Below, one piece after another: positions 1 to 8,530 of a stretch of DNA of 24,000 nucleotides. The stretch covers positions 336-24,335 of the forward strand of contig CAZGHP010000011.1 in the NCBI GenBank assembly GCA_964525455.1, given 5' to 3'. This stretch comes from an uncultured Candidatus Saccharibacteria bacterium. Its GTDB lineage: Bacteria > Patescibacteriota > SICC01. Every line of letters starts with the position of its first letter. The stretch's first letter is position 1. The translations under genes and the position numbers were made by a program. The notes under the pieces are model-generated. The model made no database searches. It had not been told where the DNA came from and saw only the letters and a program-made list of their open reading frames with translations.

Positions 1-869
1 TCGCCCGGAAGCACGGTCTCGGCATCTCCGTGCTCGGTCCCGTCGAGATCCGGCGGGCCGGGCTCGGCGCCTTGCTCGCCGTCGCCAAAGGGTCGGACGA
101 GCCGCCGCAACTGATCAAGCTGACCTATAGGCCGCGCGGTGCGAAGAAACATGTAGTCCTGGTCGGCAAAAGCATCACCTATGACTCGGGCGGTATCAAT
201 CTCAAGCCGTCGCGGGGGGGTGCGCTGGAGGACATGAAGCTCGATATGTCGGGCGGAGCCGCGGTGCTCGGCGCGATGAGTGCGCTGGGAAAGCTCGGCG
301 TGAAACATCGGGTCACCGGCTACCTTCCCGCCACCGAGAATCTGCTCGGCGGTTCGGCTTATAAGCCCGGCGACGTGGTCACGACGTACAACGGTAAGAC
401 CATCGAGGTCGGCAACACCGACGCCGAAGGACGGCTGACCCTGGCGGACGCGCTCGCGTACGCGACCGCCAAGGACAAGCCGGACGAGATCATCGATCTC
501 GCGACCCTGACTGCCACCGAAGTCAGTCTCGGCCCCTCGTACGCGGCGATTTTCTCGAACAGCCCGCGCCTGGAGAAACGATTCACGGAAGCGGGCGAAC
601 GGGCCGGTGAGAAGGTCTGGCCACTTCCATTCCCCGAGGAATACGACGAGATGACGAAGAGCGCGGTCGCGGACTTCAGGAACGACGTGACGTCCAGCCG
701 GGCCTACACCCTTTCCGGTCCACTACTGCTCAAGCATTTCGTCGGGAAGACACCGTGGGTCCATCTCGATATCGGTAGCGCCGCTATGGCAACCAAAGAC
801 AGTGGCTACACCAAGAAGGGCGGCTCCGGCTGGGGCACGCGCCTCCTGCTCCACTACCTTTCGGACTAG
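1..869 (+). CDS. pepA: Leucyl aminopeptidase (peptidase M17), C-terminal part; 5' end lies outside the window
   Basis: The frame is open to the window start: codons before the listed GTG at 30 read ARKHGLGIS in frame. M17 catalytic-domain motifs VGKSITYDSGGINLKP and NTDAEGRLTLADAL are present. Stop at 867-869. Confidence 0.9.
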   Translation, partial: ARKHGLGISVLGPVEIRRAGLGALLAVAKGSDEPPQLIKLTYRPRGAKKHVVLVGKSITYDSGGINLKPSRGGALEDMKLDMSGGAAVLGAMSALGKLGVKHRVTGYLPATENLLGGSAYKPGDVVTTYNGKTIEVGNTDAEGRLTLADALAYATAKDKPDEIIDLATLTATEVSLGPSYAAIFSNSPRLEKRFTEAGERAGEKVWPLPFPEEYDEMTKSAVADFRNDVTSSRAYTLSGPLLLKHFVGKTPWVHLDIGSAAMATKDSGYTKKGGSGWGTRLLLHYLSD

Positions 870-885
870 GGTATACTCAGCCGTC

Positions 886-1275
886 ATGCCGAAGAAAGCC
901 CCCGAAGAAGTGGCGGAGCGATCGCCCGAGGCACCCGCCTCGGGAGCCGAGTATGAGTTCCGGATCGATCTGGCGATCGGACTGGGCGGCTCGCATGATC
1001 GGTACTTCATCCGGCCGGGTTCCCCGCAACACGACGTGGAGACGGCATTCGCCCATGGCATCGAGTGGGCGCTCGAACGGACCGGGAAACGGCTGGAACG
1101 GGAGAATCCGGCGCGGTCCGGGGAAGTGGACGGGTGGGTGAAATCCGCCTTGGAGCCCGAGGACCGGCGCCGGTGGTTGGTATCGCTGTTCCGCGAAGGG
1201 CGGTTCACCAACTACCCTCGTAAACGGGTATTCTACGTAGGCGATGACAAAGTCCTCCTTTCGGAACCAGGTTAA
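886..1275 (+). CDS. Hypothetical protein (about 129 aa), no recognisable family
   Basis: In-frame ATG (MPKKAPEE...) lies 17 nt after the pepA stop. The part of the track ORF upstream of it overlaps pepA and is unlikely to be coding. Third-position G/C-rich codon usage matches the neighbours. The 3' end overlaps the next gene by 32 nt. Confidence 0.55.
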   Translation: MPKKAPEEVAERSPEAPASGAEYEFRIDLAIGLGGSHDRYFIRPGSPQHDVETAFAHGIEWALERTGKRLERENPARSGEVDGWVKSALEPEDRRRWLVSLFREGRFTNYPRKRVFYVGDDKVLLSEPG

Positions 1276-1564
1276 CGGGCTGGTAAGCGGAATCCCGCGC
1301 GGCCGGGTAATGACCTACGGCCAGATCGCGACGCTGCTCGGCCACCCGCGCCGGGCGCGCGCGGTCGGGTTCGTCGCCCACTACGGCGACCCGTCGATTC
1401 CCTGGCAGCGGGTCGTGAACCGCCACGGCCGGGTCGCGTCGGGATACCCCGGCGGGATGCCGGTCCACCGGGCGGAGCTTGCGGCCGAAGGCATCAAGCT
1501 CGGCGATGACTTCACCTGTAACCTCGACCGTTACCAGTGGTGGCCGCCGGAGTCTCAGGGATAA
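1244..1564 (+). CDS. Alkyltransferase-like (ATL) protein: MGMT/Ogt DNA-binding domain lacking the acceptor cysteine
   Basis: Ogt-like motifs GRVMTYGQIA and IPWQRVVNRHGRVASGYPGG are present. The canonical PCHRV active-site Cys is Trp (PWQRV), as in the ATL subgroup. Confidence 0.8.
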   Translation: MTKSSFRNQVNGLVSGIPRGRVMTYGQIATLLGHPRRARAVGFVAHYGDPSIPWQRVVNRHGRVASGYPGGMPVHRAELAAEGIKLGDDFTCNLDRYQWWPPESQG

Positions 1565-1788
1565 AGCGGCCGGCCCGACCGGTCGAAGACCTTGATCGCC
1601 CGGACCGGGCACTGCCGGGCGGCCTCGATGATCTTCTCCGTGTCCGCGAGCGAGGCGCCGCGCTTCACCCGCGACTTCCCGTCTTCGCCGAGCTCGAACA
1701 CGTCCGGAGCGATCGCTACGCAACTTGCCGAACCGATGCATAATCCCTTGTCGACCTCGATCCGGCCGACCGTGCGTGGATCCGTCAT
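1555..1788 (-). CDS. Small ferredoxin (single Fe-S cluster type), 77 aa
   Basis: This is the C-terminal 77 codons of track ORF 1555..2577, starting at ATG 1786-1788: MTDPRTVGRIEVDKGLCIGSASCVAIAPDVF...ARQCPVRAIKV (CxxxxxC...CP pattern). ATGA overlap with the upstream gene stop at 1785-1788. Confidence 0.8.
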   Translation of the reverse strand: MTDPRTVGRIEVDKGLCIGSASCVAIAPDVFELGEDGKSRVKRGASLADTEKIIEAARQCPVRAIKVFDRSGRPLYP

Positions 1789-2003
1789 GTCGTCGTCCCT
1801 TCGCCGATCATCCCGTTCACCCGTCCGATCATCTCCGTGACCTCCTCGTCCGTCATGCCGTGGATCCGGGCACCGGTCCCGAGCGTATCGTAGGTGTTCG
1901 CGAAGCACCCGACGCAATGCAGGCCGTACTCCAGCAATACCTCCGCCGTCCGCGGATAGCTTTTGACCAGTTCGCCGAGATTGGTATCCGCAGTAACCTG
2001 CAT
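1785..2003 (-). CDS. DUF1858 / hybrid-cluster-protein-associated redox disulfide domain protein, 72 aa
   Basis: From ATG 2001-2003: MQVTADTNLGELVKSYPRTAEVLLEYGLHCVGCFANTYDTLGTGARIHGMTDEEV, with the typical DUF1858 layout and an HCxGC motif. SD-like GAAGGGGGA lies 8 nt upstream. Confidence 0.75.
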   Translation of the reverse strand: MQVTADTNLGELVKSYPRTAEVLLEYGLHCVGCFANTYDTLGTGARIHGMTDEEVTEMIGRVNGMIGEGTTT

Positions 2004-2031
2004 GAGTCGGTCCCCCTTCGTACGTGCTCCC

Positions 2032-2059
2032 ACTATAGCAACCAGGAAAACCCTGCCAA
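2032..2059 (-). promoter_or_regulatory. Putative sigma-70-type promoter for the DUF1858-ferredoxin pair
   Basis: Minus strand reads TTGGCA (2059-2054), a 16-nt spacer, then TATAGT (2037-2032). It lies immediately after the sufU stop and about 29 nt upstream of ATG 2003. Confidence 0.45.
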
Positions 2060-2443
2060 CTAGACGGGATTCCGCTTCCGCTGCGAGCTTCTTGCCGCAT
2101 CCCGCAGCGCGACGAGTGCCAACAGGCCGCACGGCAGGCGGGCCGGGGAGAGCGGTACACCGATCGCTTTGAGCAACGCCTCGTCCGGCAGGCGGGCTGC
2201 CTCGGCAACGGTCTTGCCGACCACCAGCTCCGTGAGCAGGGAAGCTCCCGCCTGGCTGATCGCGCACCCTTCTCCGGTGAAACGCACCTCGCCGATCCGG
2301 CCGTTCCGGACCTTGTAGCCGAACGAAAGACGGTCGCCGCAGACCGGGTTCGCGGCTTCGCCGACGACGTCCGCCCCGTGCAACGCTCCCTTGTTCCGTG
2401 GGTGCTTGTAGTGGTCGAGGATGTGATCGCGGTAGAGATCCAT
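2060..2443 (-). CDS. sufU: SufU-type Fe-S cluster assembly scaffold / sulfurtransferase, 127 aa
   Basis: From ATG 2441-2443: MDLYRDHILDHYKHPRNKG...NPVCGDRL...TGEGCAISQAGASLL...LPCG (three conserved Cys, NifU-N/SufU pattern). Immediately downstream of sufS. Confidence 0.85.
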   Translation of the reverse strand: MDLYRDHILDHYKHPRNKGALHGADVVGEAANPVCGDRLSFGYKVRNGRIGEVRFTGEGCAISQAGASLLTELVVGKTVAEAARLPDEALLKAIGVPLSPARLPCGLLALVALRDAARSSQRKRNPV

Positions 2444-2444
2444 G

Positions 2445-3665
2445 TCAGGTGAGGGTTTTGACGGCACCCCGGAGGCCTTCCACCAGCCGATCGATGTCCG
2501 CCGGAGCCGTGTACACGCCCCAACTGGCGCGGGTCGAGGCGGGGATGCCGAGCCGCCGGTGAAGCGGTTGGGCACAATGGTGTCCGGAACGGATCGCGAT
2601 TCCCTCACGGTCCAGCAGGGTCGCGAGGTCATGGGGGTGTGTCCCTTCGACGGCAAACGAGACGAGCCCCACCCGCGCGGACGGATCGGCCGGCCCGAAG
2701 ACGCGGAGGCCGGGAACGTCGTCGAGCTTTCCCAGGGCATATGCGCTCAGTTCGCGATCATGTGCGGCGATCCGCTCCCTGCCGAGCTTCTCCACATAGC
2801 CGGCCGCCGCCGCCAACCCGATCGCCTCCGCGACCGGCGGCGTGCCGGGTTCATACTTCGCGGGCGGGTCGGCGAACGAGACGGTGCCGAGCCCCACCTC
2901 GGTGATCATCTCGCCGCCGCTGAAGACCACGTCCATCTCCGTATAGACCTGGTGACGCGTCCAGAGCACGCCGATGCCGGTAGGACCATAGAGCTTGTGA
3001 CCGGATACCGCATACCAATCGGCCCCGAGCGCCCGCACGTCGACCGGCAGGTGCGGCGCCGCCTGCGCCCCGTCCACCAAAATCTTCGCGCCGGCTTCGT
3101 GCGCGATTCCCGCAAGCTCCGCGACCGGGTTGATCGTCCCGAGCACGTTCGAGGCGTGGGCCACGGAGACCAGTTTGACGCCGGCCGCTTTCTTCCGGAA
3201 ATCGGCGAGGTCGAGCCGGCCGTCTCCGGTGACTCCCCCGAAGCGGAGTTCGAGTCCCTGCGCTTCGGCCAGCCGGTACCACGGCACCAGGTTGGCATGG
3301 TGCTCCATCTCGGTAAGCAGGATCGCATCGCCCTTCTTGAGATTTCGAGACCCCCAACCGGCCGCGACCAGGTTGATACTCTCTGTCGCGTTCTTGGTGA
3401 AGACGACTTCCGACGCATCGTCGGTACCGAGGAATGTCGCGACCGTCTTTCGGGCTTGCTCGTATTCCCCGGTCGCCGCTTCCGCGAGCGCGTAGATACC
3501 GCGGCGCACTGACGCGTAGCGCTCACGATAGAATCCGTCCATCGCATCGAGCACCACCCGCGGCTTCTGCGCCGTAGCGGCGGAGTCGAGGTAAATCAGC
3601 GGCGTACCATCATGCCGCCGGGAAAGGACCGGAAAGTCCGCTTTCGAAACCAAGGCTTTGCCCAT
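2445..3665 (-). CDS. sufS: Cysteine desulfurase SufS (class V aminotransferase), 406 aa
   Basis: Full-length ORF with FPVL...IYLDSAATAQKP, SGHKLYGPTGIGVL (PLP lysine region) and RSGHHCAQP (active-site Cys loop). Confidence 0.9.
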   Translation of the reverse strand: MGKALVSKADFPVLSRRHDGTPLIYLDSAATAQKPRVVLDAMDGFYRERYASVRRGIYALAEAATGEYEQARKTVATFLGTDDASEVVFTKNATESINLVAAGWGSRNLKKGDAILLTEMEHHANLVPWYRLAEAQGLELRFGGVTGDGRLDLADFRKKAAGVKLVSVAHASNVLGTINPVAELAGIAHEAGAKILVDGAQAAPHLPVDVRALGADWYAVSGHKLYGPTGIGVLWTRHQVYTEMDVVFSGGEMITEVGLGTVSFADPPAKYEPGTPPVAEAIGLAAAAGYVEKLGRERIAAHDRELSAYALGKLDDVPGLRVFGPADPSARVGLVSFAVEGTHPHDLATLLDREGIAIRSGHHCAQPLHRRLGIPASTRASWGVYTAPADIDRLVEGLRGAVKTLT

Positions 3666-3713
3666 ATGGTCATTGTGCGCCGCCGCGGTCGGCGCCTCAA
3701 TCGACGGCGGTAT

Positions 3714-4925
3714 TCACGCCCGTGACAAACGCGCATCGATTGCCGCCTGGTACAGGGCGCGGGTACGCGGATCGACATCCGCCAACAGCGACTGCAGGAA
3801 TCCGCTCACGATCAGCCGCTCCGCGACCGTGCGGGAAAGTCCGCGGCTCATCAGGTAGAAGAGCTGCTCTTCGTCGAGCTGACCGACCGTCGCGCCGTGG
3901 CCGGCGATGACGTCGTCGGCGTCGATCTCGAGGCCCGGGATGGCATCCACGTGGGCACGTTCGGAGAGCAGCATGGCGTGGCCGTTCTGATCGGCCGCCG
4001 AGCCGTGCGCGCCCTTGGCGATCCGGATCATTCCGCGGTAGACGGCGCGCGCGGTATCGCGACAGACGCCGCGGGCGTAGGTGTCGGAGGTCGTCCTGCC
4101 GGCGGCGTGGTTGGCGACCAGCTCCTGCTCGAAGTGCTGCGCGGCGGAACCGAAGTAAATTCCGTGGACGTCGGTCTCCGCACCGGCGGCGACGAGCGCC
4201 GACTCCACGCTGACCTGGGAGAACGACCCTCCGAACGAACCCGCCAGCCAGTCCAGCCGGGCGTTCCGGCCGACCCGGCCGCGGTAGACGGCCAGGTCGG
4301 TGGCGGTGGCATCCCAATCCGCCAGGCTGCGATAGCTGAGCTTGGCGCCGTCCTCCACATATGCCTCGATGCCGCGGACAAGCACCGCCTCCCCGCCGCC
4401 GGTACCGTGTTCAAAGAGCTCCAGTTCGGCTCCTTCCTTCACGACGATTACGGTCCGGGAAGCACTGAGGCTTCCGGATTCGGCCGGAAACGAGAGATCA
4501 ACGACCGCCTTGGTGCCGGACGGAACCACTACTACGGCCCCGTCCTTCCAGAGCGCACCGGACAGCGCGGAGAAGTAGTGTGCCGCCACGGGCAACGCGG
4601 GGCCGAGGAGGTGCCCGGCGACGTGCTCGGGCCAATCATTCACGGCCTTCCGGAGCGAGACGCCCATCGGCTTGAACTCACCCTCGTACGAGCGGACGGC
4701 GACGTGCGGGGCCAACGTACCGATCGCTTTCCCTGCGAACCGCTCCGCGATGCCGTGACGTGCCCAGTTGGTGTACTTCTTGTCCGACGGCGGTGCGAGC
4801 CGCTCCAGTGCCCGGTACGCCGCGGTCCGCTTCTTCGCGAACGCTACCGGTTCGCGCGGCGTGAACCGCGGAATCGGAATAGTCGCAGATGCCACCCCGG
4901 AGACAGTTTGTCCAAGTGCTGTCAT
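3714..4925 (-). CDS. sufD: Fe-S cluster assembly protein SufD, 403 aa
   Basis: C-terminal SufB/D signature HGATVGQLDEEQLFYLMSRGLSRTVAERLIVSGF. Lies between the sufB/NUDIX genes and sufS. Confidence 0.85.
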   Translation of the reverse strand: MTALGQTVSGVASATIPIPRFTPREPVAFAKKRTAAYRALERLAPPSDKKYTNWARHGIAERFAGKAIGTLAPHVAVRSYEGEFKPMGVSLRKAVNDWPEHVAGHLLGPALPVAAHYFSALSGALWKDGAVVVVPSGTKAVVDLSFPAESGSLSASRTVIVVKEGAELELFEHGTGGGEAVLVRGIEAYVEDGAKLSYRSLADWDATATDLAVYRGRVGRNARLDWLAGSFGGSFSQVSVESALVAAGAETDVHGIYFGSAAQHFEQELVANHAAGRTTSDTYARGVCRDTARAVYRGMIRIAKGAHGSAADQNGHAMLLSERAHVDAIPGLEIDADDVIAGHGATVGQLDEEQLFYLMSRGLSRTVAERLIVSGFLQSLLADVDPRTRALYQAAIDARLSRA

Positions 4926-5344
4926 GAGTCGGTTACTAAGCGCGGTACATCACGGAAATTATCCTGACGCCATCGCCAGATCTCATCTCTCAGAAATCGG
5001 GGTCTAATCTCCGGCATCTGGTTCCGGCTGAAGAATCGCGCTTCGACGATCGGGCCACCAATATCCGACCAATGTTCTGGCAACTTCGCGCTCGTGCGAG
5101 CTAGAAACCAGAGCGAGATGCTCCTGTCGCCCTCTTCCCTGAGGTACTCATGGGCAAAAAGAAAACGAGGATTTCTGATCTTTAGCCCGGTCTCCTCATG
5201 AATCTCGCGGAGAAGCCCTTCGACAGCCGTTTCCCTTCCGGATAAACCGCCGCCAGGCGTATACCAATACCGTTCACTGTCCCTGACCAACAATAGCTCG
5301 TCGCTCTTGTTGAAGATCAGAGCCCTCGCGGCGTAGCGACTCAC
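4922..5344 (-). CDS. NUDIX hydrolase, 140 aa
   Basis: Complete Nudix box GGLSGRETAVEGLLREIHEETGL (GX5EX7REUXEEXGU). GTG start overlaps the sufB stop (GTGA, 5341-5344) and its stop overlaps the sufD ATG (ATGA, 4922-4925). GC is visibly lower than the flanks (a hand-counted 60-nt line gave about 53%). Confidence 0.85.
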   Translation of the reverse strand: MSRYAARALIFNKSDELLLVRDSERYWYTPGGGLSGRETAVEGLLREIHEETGLKIRNPRFLFAHEYLREEGDRSISLWFLARTSAKLPEHWSDIGGPIVEARFFSRNQMPEIRPRFLRDEIWRWRQDNFRDVPRLVTDS

Positions 5345-6756
5345 CCGACACTCCCCTCCATCTCCATCGCGATCAGCCGGTTGAGTTCGACTGCGTACTC
5401 CAGCGGCAGTTCCTTCACCACCGGCTCAATGAAGCCGTTCACGATCATCCCGACCGCCTCTTCTTCGGACAACCCGCGAGACATCAGGTAAAAGAGCTGT
5501 TCCTCGCCGATCCGGCCGACCGTCGCTTCATGCGAGACCGTCACTTTCGGCTCGTCCACCTCGATGTGGGGCAGTGTGTCGGAGACCGATTCGGCATCGA
5601 GGATCAACGCGTCGCACTGCACGTTGGCGACGGCGTTCCGCGCGCCGGGAATGATCTTGAGCAGTCCCCGGTAGGCCCCGCGTCCGCCGTCTTTCGAAAT
5701 CGACTTGGCGATCACCCGCGAGCTCGTGTCCGGCGCGAGATGGAAGACCTTGGCGCCGGTGTCCTTGTCTACTTTCCCGCAGGCCAACGCCACGTTCAGG
5801 TGTTCGGCCGACGCCCCGCGCCCGAGCAGCATCGAGCACGGATACAGCATCGTTACGCCGGAACCGAGGGAGCCGCCGACCCATTCTTGCCGCGCGTCCT
5901 GCTCGACCAGCGCCCGCTTGGTGTTGAGATTATAGACGTTCTTCGACCAGTTTTGGATCGTGGTGTAACGCGACTTCGCGGCGCGTTTGGCGAAGATCTC
6001 CACCACCGCGGAATGCAGTGACGCGGTCGAGTACAGCGGCGCGGTACAACCCTCGATGTAATGCACCTCGGCGCCTTCTTCGACGATGATCAGCGTGTGC
6101 TCGAACTGCCCCTGCCCGGATGCGTTCATCCGGAAGTACGTCTGCAGCGGCATCTCGACCTTGACGCCTTTCGGGACGTACACGAACGAACCGCCGCTCC
6201 AGACCGCGCCGTGCAGCGCCGCGAACTTGTTGTCCTGGGGCGGCACGCAGCGGGTCATGAAGTAGTCCTTTACCAGGTCGGGATATTCCCGTACCGCGTG
6301 GTCCATGTCACAGAAGATCACTCCCTGTTTTTCCCACGGCCGTTTGAGCGAGCGGTAGACCGTCTCGGAATCATACATTGCCACCACGCCGGAGAGGACG
6401 TCGCGTTCCGCTTCCGGGATCTTCAGCTTGTCGAACGTCCGCTTGATGTCTTCCGGCAGATCCTCCCAGCGCTGTGCGACCCGCTCCGTCGGGCGGAGAT
6501 AGTAGGTGAGCGCCTGGAAGTCGATGCCGGAAAGATCCGGTCCCCAAGTCGGGAGCGGCTTGGACTCGAAGATCTCGAACGAGCGCAATCGGTGCTCGCG
6601 CATCCAGGCCGGCTCGTTTTTCTGGTGCGAGATGTCCTCGACCGTCCGGCGGGTGAGGCCCTGGCGCGAACGGTACGTGTGCCGTTCCCGATCCTTGTGC
6701 CGGAACCGCTCAAGCCCGCTCTGTGCCGATGCGACGCTAGCCGTCTGGTCAGCCAT
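5341..6756 (-). CDS. sufB: Fe-S cluster assembly protein SufB, 471 aa
   Basis: Full-length ORF ending in the typical SufB C-terminus HEATVGRIGEEQLFYLMSRGLSEEEAVGMIVNGFIEPVVKELPLEYAVELNRLI. Confidence 0.92.
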   Translation of the reverse strand: MADQTASVASAQSGLERFRHKDRERHTYRSRQGLTRRTVEDISHQKNEPAWMREHRLRSFEIFESKPLPTWGPDLSGIDFQALTYYLRPTERVAQRWEDLPEDIKRTFDKLKIPEAERDVLSGVVAMYDSETVYRSLKRPWEKQGVIFCDMDHAVREYPDLVKDYFMTRCVPPQDNKFAALHGAVWSGGSFVYVPKGVKVEMPLQTYFRMNASGQGQFEHTLIIVEEGAEVHYIEGCTAPLYSTASLHSAVVEIFAKRAAKSRYTTIQNWSKNVYNLNTKRALVEQDARQEWVGGSLGSGVTMLYPCSMLLGRGASAEHLNVALACGKVDKDTGAKVFHLAPDTSSRVIAKSISKDGGRGAYRGLLKIIPGARNAVANVQCDALILDAESVSDTLPHIEVDEPKVTVSHEATVGRIGEEQLFYLMSRGLSEEEAVGMIVNGFIEPVVKELPLEYAVELNRLIAMEMEGSVG

Positions 6757-7540
6757 GGGGATCGTCTTCCACGGCGGCCGGAACCTGCCGCCGGCTCAGC
6801 CAATCGTAGCCTTTGGATTCGAGCTTCCGCACCAGTTCCGGCGGGCCGGATTCCGCGATCCGGCCGTGCATCATCACGTGAACCGCATCCGGCCGGACAT
6901 AGTTGAGGATCCGCTGGTAATGGGTGATCAGCAGCACGCCCATCTCCGGGTTCGCCTGTCGCACGGCATTCACGCCGCCGGACACGATCCGAAGCGCGTC
7001 GATGTCGAGTCCGGAGTCCGTCTCGTCGAGCACGGCTACCCGCGGTTCGAGCAGCGCCAGCTGGAGAATCTCGGCCCGTTTCTTCTCTCCGCCGGAGAAT
7101 CCCTCGTTCAAGTACCGGTCCGTGAACTTCCCGCTCATCTTGAGCAATGCCAGCTTCGTTTCAAGGACTTTGCGGAACCGCGCCACGGTGAGTTCGTCTT
7201 CGCCGCGGGCGGTACGGACGGCATTGACCGCACCCCGCAGGAACGAACCGAGCGTGACGCCAGCCACGGACTGCGGATACTGGAACGCCAGGAACAGGCC
7301 GGCATGTGCCCGCGCGTCAGGCGAGAGTTCCAACAGGGCCGTGCCGCCCAAACGCACCGAACCTCCCGTGACCGTATAGCCAGGATGGCCCATCAATACG
7401 CTGGCCAATGTGGACTTGCCGGATCCGTTCGGACCCATCAGCGCATGCACCTTGCCCGGATCGACCGTCAGGTCCACGCCACGCAGGATCGCCTTGCCGC
7501 CGACGCCGGCCTCGAGCCGCTTGATGTCCAGAAGGGCCAT
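6749..7540 (-). CDS. sufC: Fe-S cluster assembly ATPase SufC, 263 aa
   Basis: Start chosen at ATG 7538-7540 (MALLDIKRLEA...). Walker A GPNGSGKST, signature FSGGEKKR, Walker B VAVLDETDSGLD. 8-nt overlap with sufB. Confidence 0.9.
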   Translation of the reverse strand: MALLDIKRLEAGVGGKAILRGVDLTVDPGKVHALMGPNGSGKSTLASVLMGHPGYTVTGGSVRLGGTALLELSPDARAHAGLFLAFQYPQSVAGVTLGSFLRGAVNAVRTARGEDELTVARFRKVLETKLALLKMSGKFTDRYLNEGFSGGEKKRAEILQLALLEPRVAVLDETDSGLDIDALRIVSGGVNAVRQANPEMGVLLITHYQRILNYVRPDAVHVMMHGRIAESGPPELVRKLESKGYDWLSRRQVPAAVEDDPHG

Positions 7541-7547
7541 TGCCCTC

Positions 7548-7553
7548 ATCCTA
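7548..7553 (-). promoter_or_regulatory. -10-like hexamer TAGGAT, 7 nt upstream of the sufC ATG (candidate leaderless promoter)
   Basis: Minus strand reads cTAGGATgagggcaATG. There is no properly spaced SD. Confidence 0.35.
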
Positions 7554-7574
7554 GCAGCGTGACAGCGCGTCAGG

Positions 7575-7593
7575 ATACCGCCCGAAGCAGGCG
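7575..7593. repeat. Copy 1 of a 19-nt intergenic motif: ATACCGCCCGAAGCAGGCG
   Basis: 18 of 19 nt identical to 8531-8549. Lies in the gap between the DUF4234 gene stop and the sufC start. Confidence 0.7.
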
Positions 7594-7633
7594 TGCGCAA
7601 ACGAGACGGGCCAGGCACGTGCGGCGCGAGAGG

Positions 7634-8494
7634 TCAGAACTTCGTCTTGCTGCTTACTTTGCCGTTCGTGAACGTAATGCTGACGAAGTCGCTTCCCGCG
7701 TAGTAGTTCCAGACCGCCGTCCGCGTACCGCCGATATCGCTCTCCGTCTTGTTATCCGGATCGCTGCCGGCCACGTCACTGACCTCGTCCATGGTCATCC
7801 CGTCCTTCACGCCATCGTAAATCCGCTGGATGTCCGTCACGCTCTGCTCATCGTTGCCGCCGGGCAGCGTATCCAGGTCGTAATCATCGTTCGTAGTGTT
7901 CCGGTCGGAAGTAACGTTCAGCACCAGCAGCAGCACGCCGACGATAATCACCGCGATCTCGCCTTTGCCGAACGGCGCCTCGGTGCCACCGACCTTGTCC
8001 CAGTATTCATTGAGTTTCTTGACCGCGAGTCCCAAGAAGACGTACTGCGAAACACCCGCCGCCAAGGCGAGCAGCAGGAAAAGCAGCAACCCGCCGATGG
8101 CGCCGCCGCCGAGGAGTCCGCTTGAGGTGGCGTCATTGTCCAGCGCCGCACCGATACCGCCCAACAGCGACACGAAGGCTCCGAACCCGACGACCATCGC
8201 CGCAGCGATCAGGATATAAGGAATCGCCACGTACCAGCCGGCTGGGAATGTCTCCAGTTGCTTGCCGCTCCGCGCCTGGTTGATGTCGCGGTACAGCCAG
8301 TAGAGGATGAACGCGTTGAGGATCGGCACGATCAGTCCGACCGTCTGCAGGCCGACGTTGTCATCCGTCTTCAGTTCGGACTTGAGCCGGCCCTTCGTGA
8401 CGTAGAACCAATAGAACAAATAAAGCCCGGACGTGACAATCGTAAGTCCGAGCACTCGAAGTACGCTGCGCTTTACTGCCTTGGTATCCACCAT
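7634..8494 (-). CDS. Membrane protein with N-terminal DUF4234-like region and C-terminal DUF3862-like domain
   Basis: DUF4234-type SGLYLFYWFY and ILYWLYRDIN motifs lie in TM segments. The C-terminus, TDIQRIYDGVKDGMTMDEVSDVAG...ISITFTNGKVSSKTKF, resembles DUF3862. ATG at 8494 is preferred (GGGGG 6 nt upstream) over the track GTG at 8506. Confidence 0.7.
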   Translation of the reverse strand: MVDTKAVKRSVLRVLGLTIVTSGLYLFYWFYVTKGRLKSELKTDDNVGLQTVGLIVPILNAFILYWLYRDINQARSGKQLETFPAGWYVAIPYILIAAAMVVGFGAFVSLLGGIGAALDNDATSSGLLGGGAIGGLLLFLLLALAAGVSQYVFLGLAVKKLNEYWDKVGGTEAPFGKGEIAVIIVGVLLLVLNVTSDRNTTNDDYDLDTLPGGNDEQSVTDIQRIYDGVKDGMTMDEVSDVAGSDPDNKTESDIGGTRTAVWNYYAGSDFVSITFTNGKVSSKTKF

Positions 8495-8530
8495 CGTTAC
8501 CCCCACGGGTTAATTATTTCTGCGCTTACC

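Noticed and set aside
214-220. G7 homopolymer inside pepA as a possible slippage or phase-variation tract.
   Set aside because: The reading frame is intact through it, the tract is short, and such G/C runs are common in high-GC coding sequence.
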